Source of the DNA: an uncultured Rickettsiales bacterium
Lineage (GTDB): Bacteria > Myxococcota_A > UBA796 > UBA9615
Assembly (NCBI GenBank): GCA_964512225.1
Contig: CAZEKB010000030.1
Coordinates: 2,374-66,373 of the forward strand
Direction: 5' to 3'
Length of the DNA: 64,000 nucleotides
Made by a program: the position numbers and the translations under genes. Positions 12,703 to 23,891 of this stretch are shown piece by piece. The first letter of the stretch is position 1. Each line of letters starts with the position of its first letter. The notes beneath the pieces were generated by a model. It did not search any database and was not told where the DNA came from. It was given only the letters and a program-made list of their open reading frames with translations.

Positions 12703-13838
12703 GCCCGACGGCTCGGGTACTCCACGTCTTCGCCGTACGGCTCGCGCTCGCGTCGCTGGATCGCCGTCCACCCCGCGGCCCCGAGCGCGGCCTCGACGGC
12801 CTCCGGATCGTGGAAGACGAAGTCCACGAGGACCTCGTGCCCCCACCACTCGTCCACCGGCACCACGCGCCCCCCGACGTGGAAAGAGATCGCCACCTCG
12901 CCCCCGGGTCTCACGACCTCGGCGAGGCACCGGAAGACGCCCTCGAGCCGGGCGGCGGGGAGGTTCACGATCGCGTACATCAGGAGCACGGCGCTCCAGA
13001 GACGTCCATCGCTCACGCGGTCCGGAGCCGCGAAGTCCCCGAGCACGAACGGCAGGTCCGGGTGAGCCGCCCGCGCCTGCTCGAGCATGCCCCCGGAGCG
13101 GTCCGCCCCGACCACCTCCGCGACGCCCGCGTCCGCGAGGAACCGGGTCACGTGGCCCGGACCGCAGCCCAGGTCGAGCACCGGGCCGTCGCGGTGGCGA
13201 CTCGCGAGGGCGGCCAGCCACCCCCGATCGAACGGCTTCCCGTCGAGCTCCGAGGCCAGCTTCTCCGCGTAGGCGTCGGCCACCAAGTCGTAGGCCGCGG
13301 CCGCGCCCACGGCACGGGGGGACCGCCGGATCCACGAAGGGTGCATGCGCCCGGTAGGAGGGTAGAGGTCCTCTCCGGCGCGGGCGAAGGCGAGCTTCTC
13401 CAGCAGGCGCGCGGAGGCCGCGTTGTCGGGGTGATGACCCGCGAACACCGCGGTCGCGCCCAGGGGCCCGAACGCGAAGGCCAGGACGTCGCGGGCCGCC
13501 TCCGACGCGTAGCCTCGCCCCCACTCCGCCCTCAGGACGTGCACGCCCAGCTCCCACGGTGCGTCGTCTCGGCCCGACGGCCTCAGCCCCGCGCACCCCA
13601 CGACCCCTCCGTCTTCGGTGCGCTCGACCACCCAGTACTGAACGCCGTGCTCGTGGAGGCACCGCAGCTCGTCGTCGAGCCGGGCGCGCACGGCGTCGTC
13701 GTCCAGCCGGTCGCGGGAGTCGATGAACCGGATCACCTCGGGGTCGCCCCACAGCGCTCGGGCCACGGGGAGGTCCTCGACGGTCCAGGGCCGGAACCGC
13801 AGGCGGTGGGTCCCCCGCGGCAGGGACCCGTCCTTCAT
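12630..13838 (-). CDS. Fusion protein: N-terminal GNAT acetyltransferase plus C-terminal class I SAM-dependent methyltransferase.
   Basis: GNAT part: FRPWTVEDLP...WVVERTEDGGVVGCAGL...EWGRGYASEAARDVLAFAF. MTase motif I: VLDLGCGPGHVTRFLA. Its start codon at 13838 abuts the stop of the upstream radical-SAM gene at 13839. Confidence 0.8.
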   Translation of the reverse strand: MKDGSLPRGTHRLRFRPWTVEDLPVARALWGDPEVIRFIDSRDRLDDDAVRARLDDELRCLHEHGVQYWVVERTEDGGVVGCAGLRPSGRDDAPWELGVHVLRAEWGRGYASEAARDVLAFAFGPLGATAVFAGHHPDNAASARLLEKLAFARAGEDLYPPTGRMHPSWIRRSPRAVGAAAAYDLVADAYAEKLASELDGKPFDRGWLAALASRHRDGPVLDLGCGPGHVTRFLADAGVAEVVGADRSGGMLEQARAAHPDLPFVLGDFAAPDRVSDGRLWSAVLLMYAIVNLPAARLEGVFRCLAEVVRPGGEVAISFHVGGRVVPVDEWWGHEVLVDFVFHDPEAVEAALGAAGWTAIQRREREPYGEDVEYPSRRAYITARRRSKATATATPTTQGASM

Positions 13839-14849
13839 CTACAGGTGCTCGAAGTTGCAGTTCAGCATGTTGCAGGTCCGGGGGCAGTTGTGTGCCTCCC
13901 AGCGTCGGCGCTTGCTCTTCATGCTGTTCCACATCCAGGGGATCGGCTGCTTCAGGACGTGCCCCACGGGGGGCAGCCAGAAGCAGAGGAGCAGGTTTCC
14001 GTAGGGGTCGAGCGAGATGTCCGAGTGGCCCGCGTTGCACGGTAGACCGTTGCTCACGCTGGGCGATCGGAAGTACCTCTTCATTTCCTTCAGCTGACCG
14101 ACGGAGTTGCACACATGTCCATCGGCCTCCTTGATGGAGATCAGGTAGTCCAAGGCGTCGTCGAGCGCGGGAAGGTCTTCCTCACGCGGGAATAGCGGAG
14201 ACTTCACGAACCACTGGGGGTCGTACGTGCGACCGAAGTTGTTGAAGAGCGGCTGATAGACCACCTGATAGCCCCGCTCCAGGGTCCAGTCGGCCATCTG
14301 CTTCATCTCGGAGATCGATCGACGATTGATGATCATCGCGATCACCACGCGAGGCTTCTCGACCATGTCCACGAGGTCCAGCGTCCGCATCACCTTGTCG
14401 TATGTCCCGGCCTCACCCCTCACGTAGTCGTGAGTGGCCGCCGTCGACCCGTCGAGGCTCACGTAGAGGATGTCCAGACCGGCCCCCGCGAGCTGGTCGA
14501 TCTTCTTCGCATTGAAGAGCGTCGCGTTGGTATTGGACGTGACCGTAAAGCCGAGATCCGTCCCGTAGCGGATCAGCTCGATGAGGTCCTTCCTCAGGAA
14601 CGGCTCGCCGCCCGCGAAGTTCAGGCCCACGGGCCCGGCCCAGTCCGCCACCTGCTTGAAGATGCCCTTCCACTCGTTGGTCGTGAGCTCCTCGCCCGGC
14701 TTGATGCGCCAGATGTCGCACATGCGGCAGGGCAGGCAGCAGCGGTCCGTGATGCTCACGTGCATCTGCGTCGGCAGGCCGGGCGCCGCCCGGAGCTTCA
14801 GGGTCTCCGCCGCCGTGGAGGCGAACCTCGCCACGTCGTTCATGAACAT
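13839..14849 (-). CDS. Radical-SAM enzyme with C-terminal SPASM/twitch-type Cys cluster (336 aa).
   Basis: CxxxCxxC motif in ITDRCCLPCRMCD. The C-terminus reads CNSVGQ...CNAGHSDISLDPYGNLLLCFW...NCPRTCNMLNC. Local GC is about 57-60% by hand count. Confidence 0.85.
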   Translation of the reverse strand: MFMNDVARFASTAAETLKLRAAPGLPTQMHVSITDRCCLPCRMCDIWRIKPGEELTTNEWKGIFKQVADWAGPVGLNFAGGEPFLRKDLIELIRYGTDLGFTVTSNTNATLFNAKKIDQLAGAGLDILYVSLDGSTAATHDYVRGEAGTYDKVMRTLDLVDMVEKPRVVIAMIINRRSISEMKQMADWTLERGYQVVYQPLFNNFGRTYDPQWFVKSPLFPREEDLPALDDALDYLISIKEADGHVCNSVGQLKEMKRYFRSPSVSNGLPCNAGHSDISLDPYGNLLLCFWLPPVGHVLKQPIPWMWNSMKSKRRRWEAHNCPRTCNMLNCNFEHL

Positions 14850-14852
14850 GCT

Positions 14853-16115
14853 CTACGTCCCCTCCTCACGCGACCCGGTGCGGTCCTCGTAGACCTGGTC
14901 CCGGCCGGGGCCTCGGTAGACCTCCGGGTAGGGTCGCGCCCCGAAGGGTAGGCCCGGCACCGCGGGGATGTCGTCGCCGTCGAGGCCGCGCCCGGCGAGG
15001 AACTGGTCCACCTCGTCGCGCGTGATCCCCGAGTAGTTGACCGACGACGGGATGAAGCAGGTGCGACAGAAGTCCAGCTCCGAGTAGTCGCCGCGGGCCG
15101 TGAGCTGACGACGACGGTTGAGCACCGGCGAGTCGAGCCAGACCTTCGAGAAGGACGCGTCCGCCAGGGAGCCGACCACGAGGTGGTAGGTGTTGTCCCG
15201 GGTGCAGACGGTCACGCGCCCGTCCGACGCGATGGTGGGCGACTTGAAGAACCCCGAGCACGTCGTGAGCAGGGTGCGGGGGACCTCCGTCCCGACGCGA
15301 CGCTCGGCGTCCGGGTCGATGGGCGACCGGAGCCCCAGGGACGTCATCAGGTCGACGTACACCCGGTTCTGGCGGTCCTGCTCCTCGGGCGTGGGGCAGT
15401 CGAGGCTCTTGAGGAAGATGTAGTTCTCGGGACCGTGAGCGGGCACGTGGAAGCCGGTCGTCTCGATCGGCAGGCCCGCGTCCTCGTACGCCCTCACCCA
15501 GAAGTCGACGAACTCCGGAGCCTCCGCCGCGTTGACGTCCGAGACGATGAACTGCATCGCCAGCTTCGGCCGGCTGGCCCGGGCCGCCCCCTTGAGGCGG
15601 ACCATGCGCAGCGCGTTGCGGGTGGACTTCTCCATGGCATCCAGGCCCTTGATGACGTGGAACGTCTCGGGCCGGATCGCGTCCAGGGTCAGGTGCCAGA
15701 CCTGAGGGACCGAGCGGTCGTTGAGGACCGACCGAGCGATGTGCTCGCTCAGCGGGAAGGTATTGGTATGGACCTCGATCTTCCCGAAGATCTCTCCGTC
15801 GCCGCTGTGCTCCAGGACCGTGGCGTAGATCTCGGTGAACCGGGGGTGGGACAGCGGCTCGCCGAGCCAGAAGAGGATCAGGGCGTCGTACGTGAGCCCG
15901 GCGGCCGACAGATCCTGCATCAGCTCACGGACCATGCCCACCGGCATGTGCTCGTAGACCGCATAGTGCGGGTGCCCGTCGTCGGCCTCGCTCACGGCGC
16001 AGTGCCCGCACTTCAGCGGACACCGGTTCGTGACCTCGAGGACGAGGTAGCTCCCGGGCAGGTTGAGCTTGGCCACGTCGAGCCGTCGGCCGGCCGCTTC
16101 GAAGTGGGCGGTCAA
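14853..16115 (-). CDS. Radical-SAM/SPASM-domain enzyme (420 aa).
   Basis: CxxxCxxC motif in VTNRCPLKCGHCAV. C-terminal Cys-rich region: TTCSGFF...VTVCTRDNTYHLVVGS...DFCRTCFIPSS. Confidence 0.85.
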   Translation of the reverse strand: MTAHFEAAGRRLDVAKLNLPGSYLVLEVTNRCPLKCGHCAVSEADDGHPHYAVYEHMPVGMVRELMQDLSAAGLTYDALILFWLGEPLSHPRFTEIYATVLEHSGDGEIFGKIEVHTNTFPLSEHIARSVLNDRSVPQVWHLTLDAIRPETFHVIKGLDAMEKSTRNALRMVRLKGAARASRPKLAMQFIVSDVNAAEAPEFVDFWVRAYEDAGLPIETTGFHVPAHGPENYIFLKSLDCPTPEEQDRQNRVYVDLMTSLGLRSPIDPDAERRVGTEVPRTLLTTCSGFFKSPTIASDGRVTVCTRDNTYHLVVGSLADASFSKVWLDSPVLNRRRQLTARGDYSELDFCRTCFIPSSVNYSGITRDEVDQFLAGRGLDGDDIPAVPGLPFGARPYPEVYRGPGRDQVYEDRTGSREEGT

Positions 16116-18703
16116 CTCGCCTCCTCGACGCGTGAGCGCTCGACGTCTCGCTGCTCACGCGCTCTGCGCGCCTTCGCCGCGGCCCGCCGCGCGGCCTTCG
16201 CCTGCTCGCCGCGCGCCTGCCCCGACTCCTTGATGAGGGCCATCTCGGCGTCGATCGGCTCGTCGGCCGGCTTCACCACGAACGGCAGGCCCGTCGCCGA
16301 CTGGAACTCGTACAGGCTGTGGTTGAAGCACTGGTCCACGCAGCCTTCCCTGAAGATCTGCTCCCGCATCGCCTGGGCGCGCTCGCTGTAGAAGAGCTGG
16401 TCCAGCGGCTCGTCGAGCGCGGACCCGACCTGGAGCCCCTTCTGGTCCCACACGCAGCACGGCACGAGCTTGCCCTCGTGGTTCACCCCGAACTGCTCGA
16501 TCAGCCCCAGGCAGCGGTAGTGGTCGCGGCGACCGTCCATGTACTCCACGCCGTAGCGGTAGTAGTCCATCCGCTGCCGCACCGTCGGGCTGGTGGCCGC
16601 GATGTGCTCGATGGCGGCCTGGTAGGTCGCCCGCTCGCTCTCGGAGCGGATGTACAGGTGGGGGTAGCCGTTGACGGGCCAGAAGTCGAACGCGATGTCG
16701 CGTTCCCGCGCCAGGTCGTAGACCTTCGCCAGGTCGCCCACGTTTCGATTCGTCACGACGAAGTAGATGTTCAGGTGGATGTCCGTGCGGGCCTGGATCG
16801 CTTCGATCGCGCCCATCGTCTCGGACCAGCAGCCGTCCACGCCGCGGAGCCGATTGTGGGTGTCCTCGAACCCGTCGATCGAGATGCTCAGGCTGCTCAC
16901 GCGGGACTCACGGAGGCGGTCGATGTCCTTGAGCAGCAGCGTGCCGTTGGTCGTGATGTTGACGCCCAGGTCGAGGTTCCGGGCGAACTCGATGATCTCG
17001 TAGATGCGCGGATGCACGAACGGCTCGCCGCCCGTGATCACGAGGGTCTTCACCCCCGCCGCGGGGGCCCGGGAGATGATCGTGATCGCCGACTCGAACG
17101 GCATCATGTCGGTGTAGTGCCACAGGTCGCAGAAGTCGCACCGCAGGTTGCAGCGCTTGTTCAGCAACAGGATCATCGTGCGGGGCTTCTGCCACGTGAT
17201 CTCGCCGGGGATGTGCCGGGTGATCTCGGCCTCCGTGAGTTCGCGACTCACGGCGTCCTCGGCCCAGTGCACGACCTCCGGCTCGGCCCCCTTGAGCAGG
17301 GCGCTCGCGTTGCCCTTGCGCTCCTTGCGCAGGACCTTCAGGCGCGACTTCCGTCGCTCGTCCGCCAGGGAGCTGCCGAGCACCTCCAGCTCGCGCGGGT
17401 CGCGGTTGACGGAGTGGGCGAGCAGCTCGTTGTAGTCGCGGCCGCGGACCTCCGCGCGGCGCTCGTAGAGCTCGATGTACGCCGCGGTCACGGCGTGCCA
17501 GTCGTAGGCGCGCACGAACGTCTGCGCGTGGTGCCCCATCGCGAGGGCCCGGCCCGGCTCCTCCACGAGCGAAGCGACGCGATCGATCATGCCGTCCCAG
17601 TCCCCGTCGTCCACGAGGTGGATGTCGCGCCCGTCGTCCAGGAGGAGGCCCTCGGCGCCCTTGCGGGTGCTCACGACCGCCTTGCCCGCGGCGAAGTACT
17701 CCAGGATCTTCAGGCGGGTGCCACCACCGTCCAGCAGCGGCACGGCGCACAGGTCCGCCGCGGCGATGTGCGTGGCGAGATCGTCGACGCAGCCCGCGTA
17801 GACGAGGTCTTCGTGGACGTACCGGTCCCGGGGCGGGTTCATCCCCGCGGCGAGGACCGTCACGTTCAGCCCCCGCGCCTTCATCCGCGGGAGCAGCTCC
17901 TCGGCGAAGATCCGACAGGCGACCGTGTTGGGCCAGTAGTTCAGCGTGCCGTGGAAGAAGATCAGCGTCTTCTCCGGGGCGATGCCGTACCGCTCCCGCA
18001 CCCCCGCCCCGGTCTTGCGCGAGAAGGTCGCGACGTCGACGCCGTGCGGGATGATCGTGATCTCGTCCGCCTCGAAGTCGTCCTCCAGCATCAACTCACG
18101 GTCCTCACGGCTCACGACGATGACCTCGTCCATGAGGTGGGACAGCTGGAGCTCGATGCCCCGCACGCGCTCCAGGACGTCGGGGTGGAGGTCGATCGTG
18201 TCGGCCATGCGCTTCCACTCGACGTTGTGCTGCACGAGCGAGCACCGGCGGCGGAGCAGACGCGCCGCGACCCAGCACGGCAGGGCGAAGCCGGGGAACT
18301 CCGCCTGGAACCAGTCCGTGCGGTGCTTGCGCCCGACCCACACCGTGCGCAGCCAGAAGTCGGGGTCGACGACGGGGCGGTAGAGGATGTGTTCGTCCCG
18401 GGGGTAGCCGAGCGTATCGAGCAGCGCCTCCACGGCCTGCCAGTAGTCGGGCGCCCCGAGCAGCTCGAGCAGGCGCGAGCGCCGGGTCCCCACCCGGGTC
18501 GCCGCGACGAGGCGGGGGGGGTATTCCAGGAGCTCGTGCCGCCCGTCGACGTACCGGTGGTAGCGGAGGCGGTCCCCGGTCACGACCGTCACGTCGACGC
18601 CGTGCCGGGAGAGACCCTCCGCCGTGCGCACGATCTTCACGGCGGCGCCGTGCACGGCGGGGAGGAGATCTTGGCGGCTGACGATCGTGACGTGCATGCG
18701 CAT
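16112..18703 (-). CDS. Fusion of a GT4-family glycosyltransferase (N-terminal ~420 aa) with a radical-SAM/SPASM domain (C-terminal ~440 aa).
   Basis: The real start MRMHVTIVSRQD (ATG at 18703) lies inside track ORF 16112..18811. GT-B C-terminal signature: LCAVPLLDGGGTRLKILEYFAAGKAVVST. Radical-SAM motif: LLNKRCNLRCDFCD. SPASM region: LVPCCVWDQ...EGCVDQC. Confidence 0.85.
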   Translation of the reverse strand: MRMHVTIVSRQDLLPAVHGAAVKIVRTAEGLSRHGVDVTVVTGDRLRYHRYVDGRHELLEYPPRLVAATRVGTRRSRLLELLGAPDYWQAVEALLDTLGYPRDEHILYRPVVDPDFWLRTVWVGRKHRTDWFQAEFPGFALPCWVAARLLRRRCSLVQHNVEWKRMADTIDLHPDVLERVRGIELQLSHLMDEVIVVSREDRELMLEDDFEADEITIIPHGVDVATFSRKTGAGVRERYGIAPEKTLIFFHGTLNYWPNTVACRIFAEELLPRMKARGLNVTVLAAGMNPPRDRYVHEDLVYAGCVDDLATHIAAADLCAVPLLDGGGTRLKILEYFAAGKAVVSTRKGAEGLLLDDGRDIHLVDDGDWDGMIDRVASLVEEPGRALAMGHHAQTFVRAYDWHAVTAAYIELYERRAEVRGRDYNELLAHSVNRDPRELEVLGSSLADERRKSRLKVLRKERKGNASALLKGAEPEVVHWAEDAVSRELTEAEITRHIPGEITWQKPRTMILLLNKRCNLRCDFCDLWHYTDMMPFESAITIISRAPAAGVKTLVITGGEPFVHPRIYEIIEFARNLDLGVNITTNGTLLLKDIDRLRESRVSSLSISIDGFEDTHNRLRGVDGCWSETMGAIEAIQARTDIHLNIYFVVTNRNVGDLAKVYDLARERDIAFDFWPVNGYPHLYIRSESERATYQAAIEHIAATSPTVRQRMDYYRYGVEYMDGRRDHYRCLGLIEQFGVNHEGKLVPCCVWDQKGLQVGSALDEPLDQLFYSERAQAMREQIFREGCVDQCFNHSLYEFQSATGLPFVVKPADEPIDAEMALIKESGQARGEQAKAARRAAAKARRAREQRDVERSRVEEAS

Positions 18704-18811
18704 TCGGCGCGCCCGGGGAGGCGCGTTGGGTCGCAGTATTGCCGCTGACTTCGGGATCGTCGACCGCGGGCGCCCCCGCACGCGCGCGACTGGTATACCG
18801 CGCCCGATCAT

Positions 18812-20665
<1,854 letters not shown>

Positions 20666-20669
<4 letters not shown>

Positions 20670-21721
20670 GCGACGTCGGAATCCTCGGTCACGGCCGCTT
20701 CGGGGCGGCCCTCGCGAACCTGATCGAGGACGCGGGCCTTCGGTGCGTCGCGTTCGACCCCGCTCGCGAGGTGCCCGCCCACCGCCGCGTCGACTCCCCG
20801 ACCGCGGTCGTCGAGTCGGCGCGGGTGGTCGTGCTCGCCATCCCCGTCGAGCGCTTCGAGCCGCTGCTGGCCGGGCTCGCGGGCCGCTGGACCCCCGAGC
20901 ACCTGGTGATCGACGTCGGGTCCGTGAAGGTGGGCCCGATGGACGTGCTCCGCGCCGCGCTCGGGGACCGGGTGCCTTGGGTGGGCACTCATCCCCTGTT
21001 CGGGCCCGCCAGCCTCGCCCGGGGCGAGCGACCCCTCCGGGTGGTCCTCTGCCCCGCCCCCGAACATCCCCGCGCCGCCGACGAGGCGCAGGCCCTCTTC
21101 GAGCGGATCGGTTGTCGGGTGGAGCGGATGTCCGCCGAGGCTCACGATCGCTCGATGGCGGCCACTCACGCGCTCACGTTCTTCCTCGCCAAGGGGCTGC
21201 TGGACATCGGAGCGGACTTCGGGGCCGACTCGCTCCCGCCGTCGACCCGGGGCGTCGCCCGGGCGATCCGCACCGTCCGCGCCGACGCGGGGCACCTGCT
21301 CGAGGCGCTGCACCGATCGAACCCCTTCGCCGCGGACGCCCGGCGGTCGCTGCTGGACGCCCTCGACGAGATCGATCGGGTGCTGCTGCTCCCGGAGCCT
21401 GCGACCACCACCGACGCCGCCGCGGCCGTGCGCATCCCGGGCCTCGGACCGCAGTCCCCGGAGCTCGCCGAGGTCCGCGACCTGATCGACGAGCTCGACC
21501 TCGAGCTCGTGGCGCTGCTCGCCCGTCGGGGTCGCCTCGCCCGACGCGCGCGCAGGGCCAAGTCCCGCATCGGCCGGGGGGTGAGGGATCCGTCGCGGGA
21601 GGAGGCGCTCCTCGCCGTCCGCAGGGCCTGGGCCGCCGACCGCGACCTCGACCCCGATCGCGTGGCGTCGATCTTCGAAGCCGTCCTGCAGTTCTCGGTC
21701 GCCCTGCAGGAAGACGACTGA
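20666..21721 (+). CDS. tyrA: Prephenate/arogenate dehydrogenase (TyrA) with a C-terminal chorismate-mutase-like helical domain.
   Basis: Rossmann motif ILGHGRFG. The TyrA core is present, and the C-terminus (ELAEVRDLIDELDLELVALLARRGRLARRA...) resembles the AroQ mutase type. The GTG start overlaps the ABC-F stop (GTGA), with the Shine-Dalgarno sequence GGAGGAG 7 nt upstream. An alternative ATG lies at 20642. Confidence 0.75.
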
Positions 21722-21731
21722 GCCCCCGCGG

Positions 21732-22343
21732 CTACTTGGCGTACTTCACGCTGCAGCCGTAGGGCTTCTTGAAGTCCTCGGCGACGGTCTCCCCCGCCGC
21801 GAGGGCGGCGAGGGCGGCGTCGACGTAGTTGACGAGGGCCCCTCCCTCGACCTTGCCCAGCGGGGCGTTGTCGAGCGCGCCCGCGTAGCGAATGGTCCCG
21901 CCCGCGTCGATCACGAACATCTGCGGCGTGGTCCTGGCTCCGTACGCTCGGCCCACGTCGCCCGCCTCGTCGATGAGGACGAGGTGGTCCATCGACCAGT
22001 CCGCCGCTGCCTTCTTGTTCGCCTCCACCCCGTGGCCCTGCTTGCCGGGCGCGCCGGAGTTGATCGCGATCCACACGACGTCGTCCTTGTACCGCGCGGC
22101 CTGGTCGGACAGGGGGCCGTCGCCGTGCGCGTGCTTCACGAACGGGCAGCCCGGGTTGAACCACTCCAGGACCACCGTCTTGCCCCGGAACGCGCTCAGG
22201 GAGTGGGTCGCCCCGTCGAGATCGGGGAGGGTGAAGTCGGGCGCGGCCGAGCCGGGTCCCGCGGCGTCGTCGGCGAGGGCGGGGGAGAGGGCGACGAGGC
22301 CGAGGGCGGCGAGCGCGAGGACGAAGGTGCGGCGGGCGATCAT
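21732..22343 (-). CDS. Secreted thioredoxin-fold protein (TlpA/redoxin-like), 203 aa.
   Basis: Signal peptide MIARRTFVLALAALGLVALSPALA. Redoxin pattern FRGKTVVLEWFNPGCPFV, with a second Cys near the C-terminus. Confidence 0.8.
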   Translation of the reverse strand: MIARRTFVLALAALGLVALSPALADDAAGPGSAAPDFTLPDLDGATHSLSAFRGKTVVLEWFNPGCPFVKHAHGDGPLSDQAARYKDDVVWIAINSGAPGKQGHGVEANKKAAADWSMDHLVLIDEAGDVGRAYGARTTPQMFVIDAGGTIRYAGALDNAPLGKVEGGALVNYVDAALAALAAGETVAEDFKKPYGCSVKYAK

Positions 22344-23227
22344 GGGGAGTCTCCTGGAGGGAGGGGCACGGGGGTGCAGGAGGGGGAGAGCGTGTACGAC
22401 TCGTCGTCGAGTGTGAGGATCCCCCAAGGACCGGCTTGGATTCCCCGATCGAACGGGGGGGCCACCCGCAGCTCGACGTGGTGGCTCGAGGGGTTCTCCA
22501 CCACCGAGCAGCCGTCGGTGCGGTCGTGGCGCAGCCCCACGGTGGGCGACGTGAGCTTCACCGCGCCGCCCGCCTCCGAGAACCGCGCTCCGGGCACGAA
22601 GCCGACGGTCGCCTCCCGACCCCACAGGTGGAGGATCGCCCCCAGCTCGGTGCACACCCACCGGCTCGTCTCGGGCAGCGGCGACGGCAGGGCGGCCCTC
22701 CACTCGGCGAACCGTGCTTCTCGCCCGGCGACGACCGGCGCGGAGTCCGCGACCGCTCCCACCACCACGGTCGAGGCGCGCTCCGCGTCGCCCACGACGC
22801 AGGACTCCTTGCAGACCAACCAGCGCGTCGCCACGCGGAGCTCGGCGGGCCCGGGATCGGCGCCCGCGGTCAGGTCCACGAGCAGGGCGACCGAGCCCTC
22901 CCAGCCGTAGGTCACGAGGCCCGCGGCGTCGACGAAGCGGTGGGGCGCGGGGTACTGCACGGGGTCCACTGTCCAGCCGTCGGGCGCGGACAACGCGACG
23001 GTCGTGGCGAGGCCGGAGTCCCCCGGGTTCTCCCAGTAGATGTGCCACCCCGGCTCCACGACGTAATGGACCGCGACCGTGAGCGTGCCCCCGGGCTCCA
23101 CCACCCCCGCCGACGGCACGACGGTCACGCGGACCTCCGGGTCCCGCTCCTCCGCGGCCGCGATCGAGGCGATCAGGCCCGCCGCGATCAACGCCGGCGC
23201 GATCAGGGCGAGCCGCAGCTGAACCAC
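22340..23227 (-). CDS. DsbD-N (alpha-domain)-like periplasmic thiol:disulfide interchange domain protein.
   Basis: Tail of ORF 22340..23473, starting VVQLRLALIAPALIAAGLIAS and carrying YWENPGDSG. The start is an inferred GTG overlapping the upstream cytochrome gene by about 25 nt; the start is uncertain. Confidence 0.6.
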   Translation of the reverse strand: MVQLRLALIAPALIAAGLIASIAAAEERDPEVRVTVVPSAGVVEPGGTLTVAVHYVVEPGWHIYWENPGDSGLATTVALSAPDGWTVDPVQYPAPHRFVDAAGLVTYGWEGSVALLVDLTAGADPGPAELRVATRWLVCKESCVVGDAERASTVVVGAVADSAPVVAGREARFAEWRAALPSPLPETSRWVCTELGAILHLWGREATVGFVPGARFSEAGGAVKLTSPTVGLRHDRTDGCSVVENPSSHHVELRVAPPFDRGIQAGPWGILTLDDESYTLSPSCTPVPLPPGDSP

Positions 23228-23891
23228 TCCCACAGGACGTAGGCCTCTTCGTCGGACATGTCGGTGTCCTCGGGCATCTCCCCGGCGTAGATCCGACCCC
23301 AGATGAAGGCGTCGTCCCCGAAGCCGCGGAGATCCTCGGCGGTGTCCCAGTCGATGCCGTCGGGGGCGCCGTTGCGTTCGTCGCCCGCGCGGTCGACGCT
23401 GTGACAGCGCGTGCAGTTGTCGGCGAGCACGGCCTCCACGTCCGCCGAGGTGACGGTCGACCCGTCGGGGCACTCGCCGATCTCCTCGGGGACCTCGAGC
23501 GGCGGGTCCGAGACGCAGTTGAGCCAGTCCAGCAGCTTGTCGAGCTCGCCGGTGTCGGGCAGTCGGCCGAGGGGGGGCATCTCGAAGGAGGAGACCCGGG
23601 TCCAGGTGAGGCTGGGCGACGTCCTGGCGGCCGCGAACGTGTCGTAGTTCCGCGTCGCGGGGGCGCCGTGCCGGTCGTCGTTGTCCGAGGCGTGGCAGTA
23701 GAAGCAGTACTCCTCGAAGAACGGCTTCATCTCGAGCTCGTAGTAGTCCTCGCCGGCGGCGGTCGCGTCGCGGCAGTCCCGGAAGCCGCCCAGTCTTCGG
23801 GCAGGTTCGGCTCGCAGCCCTGCGCGGGGAACAGGAGCGCAGGCACGACGACGGCGGCGGCGAGGGTCCACAGGGAGGTGCGCGTGCCCAT
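23203..23891 (-). CDS. Diheme c-type cytochrome with an apparent frameshift between the signal peptide and the heme-binding domain.
   Basis: Frame A (ATG at 23891) gives MGTRTSLWTLAAAVVVPALLFPAQGCEPNLPEDWAASGTAAT. Frame B (23203..23871) gives ...DATAAGEDYYELEMKPFFEEYCFYCH ... CTRCHS, i.e. two CxxCH motifs. A 1-nt offset inside the GC run gcgacgcgaccgccgccggcgag (about 23770-23795) joins them as ...GTAATAAGEDYY.... Confidence 0.6.

Noticed and set aside
18704-18811. RiPP precursor peptide in the gap upstream of the GT-radical-SAM gene
   Set aside because: All three minus-strand frames of the 108-bp gap were translated. No start-to-stop ORF with peptide-like composition was found; one frame is merely the spurious N-terminal extension of the track ORF.
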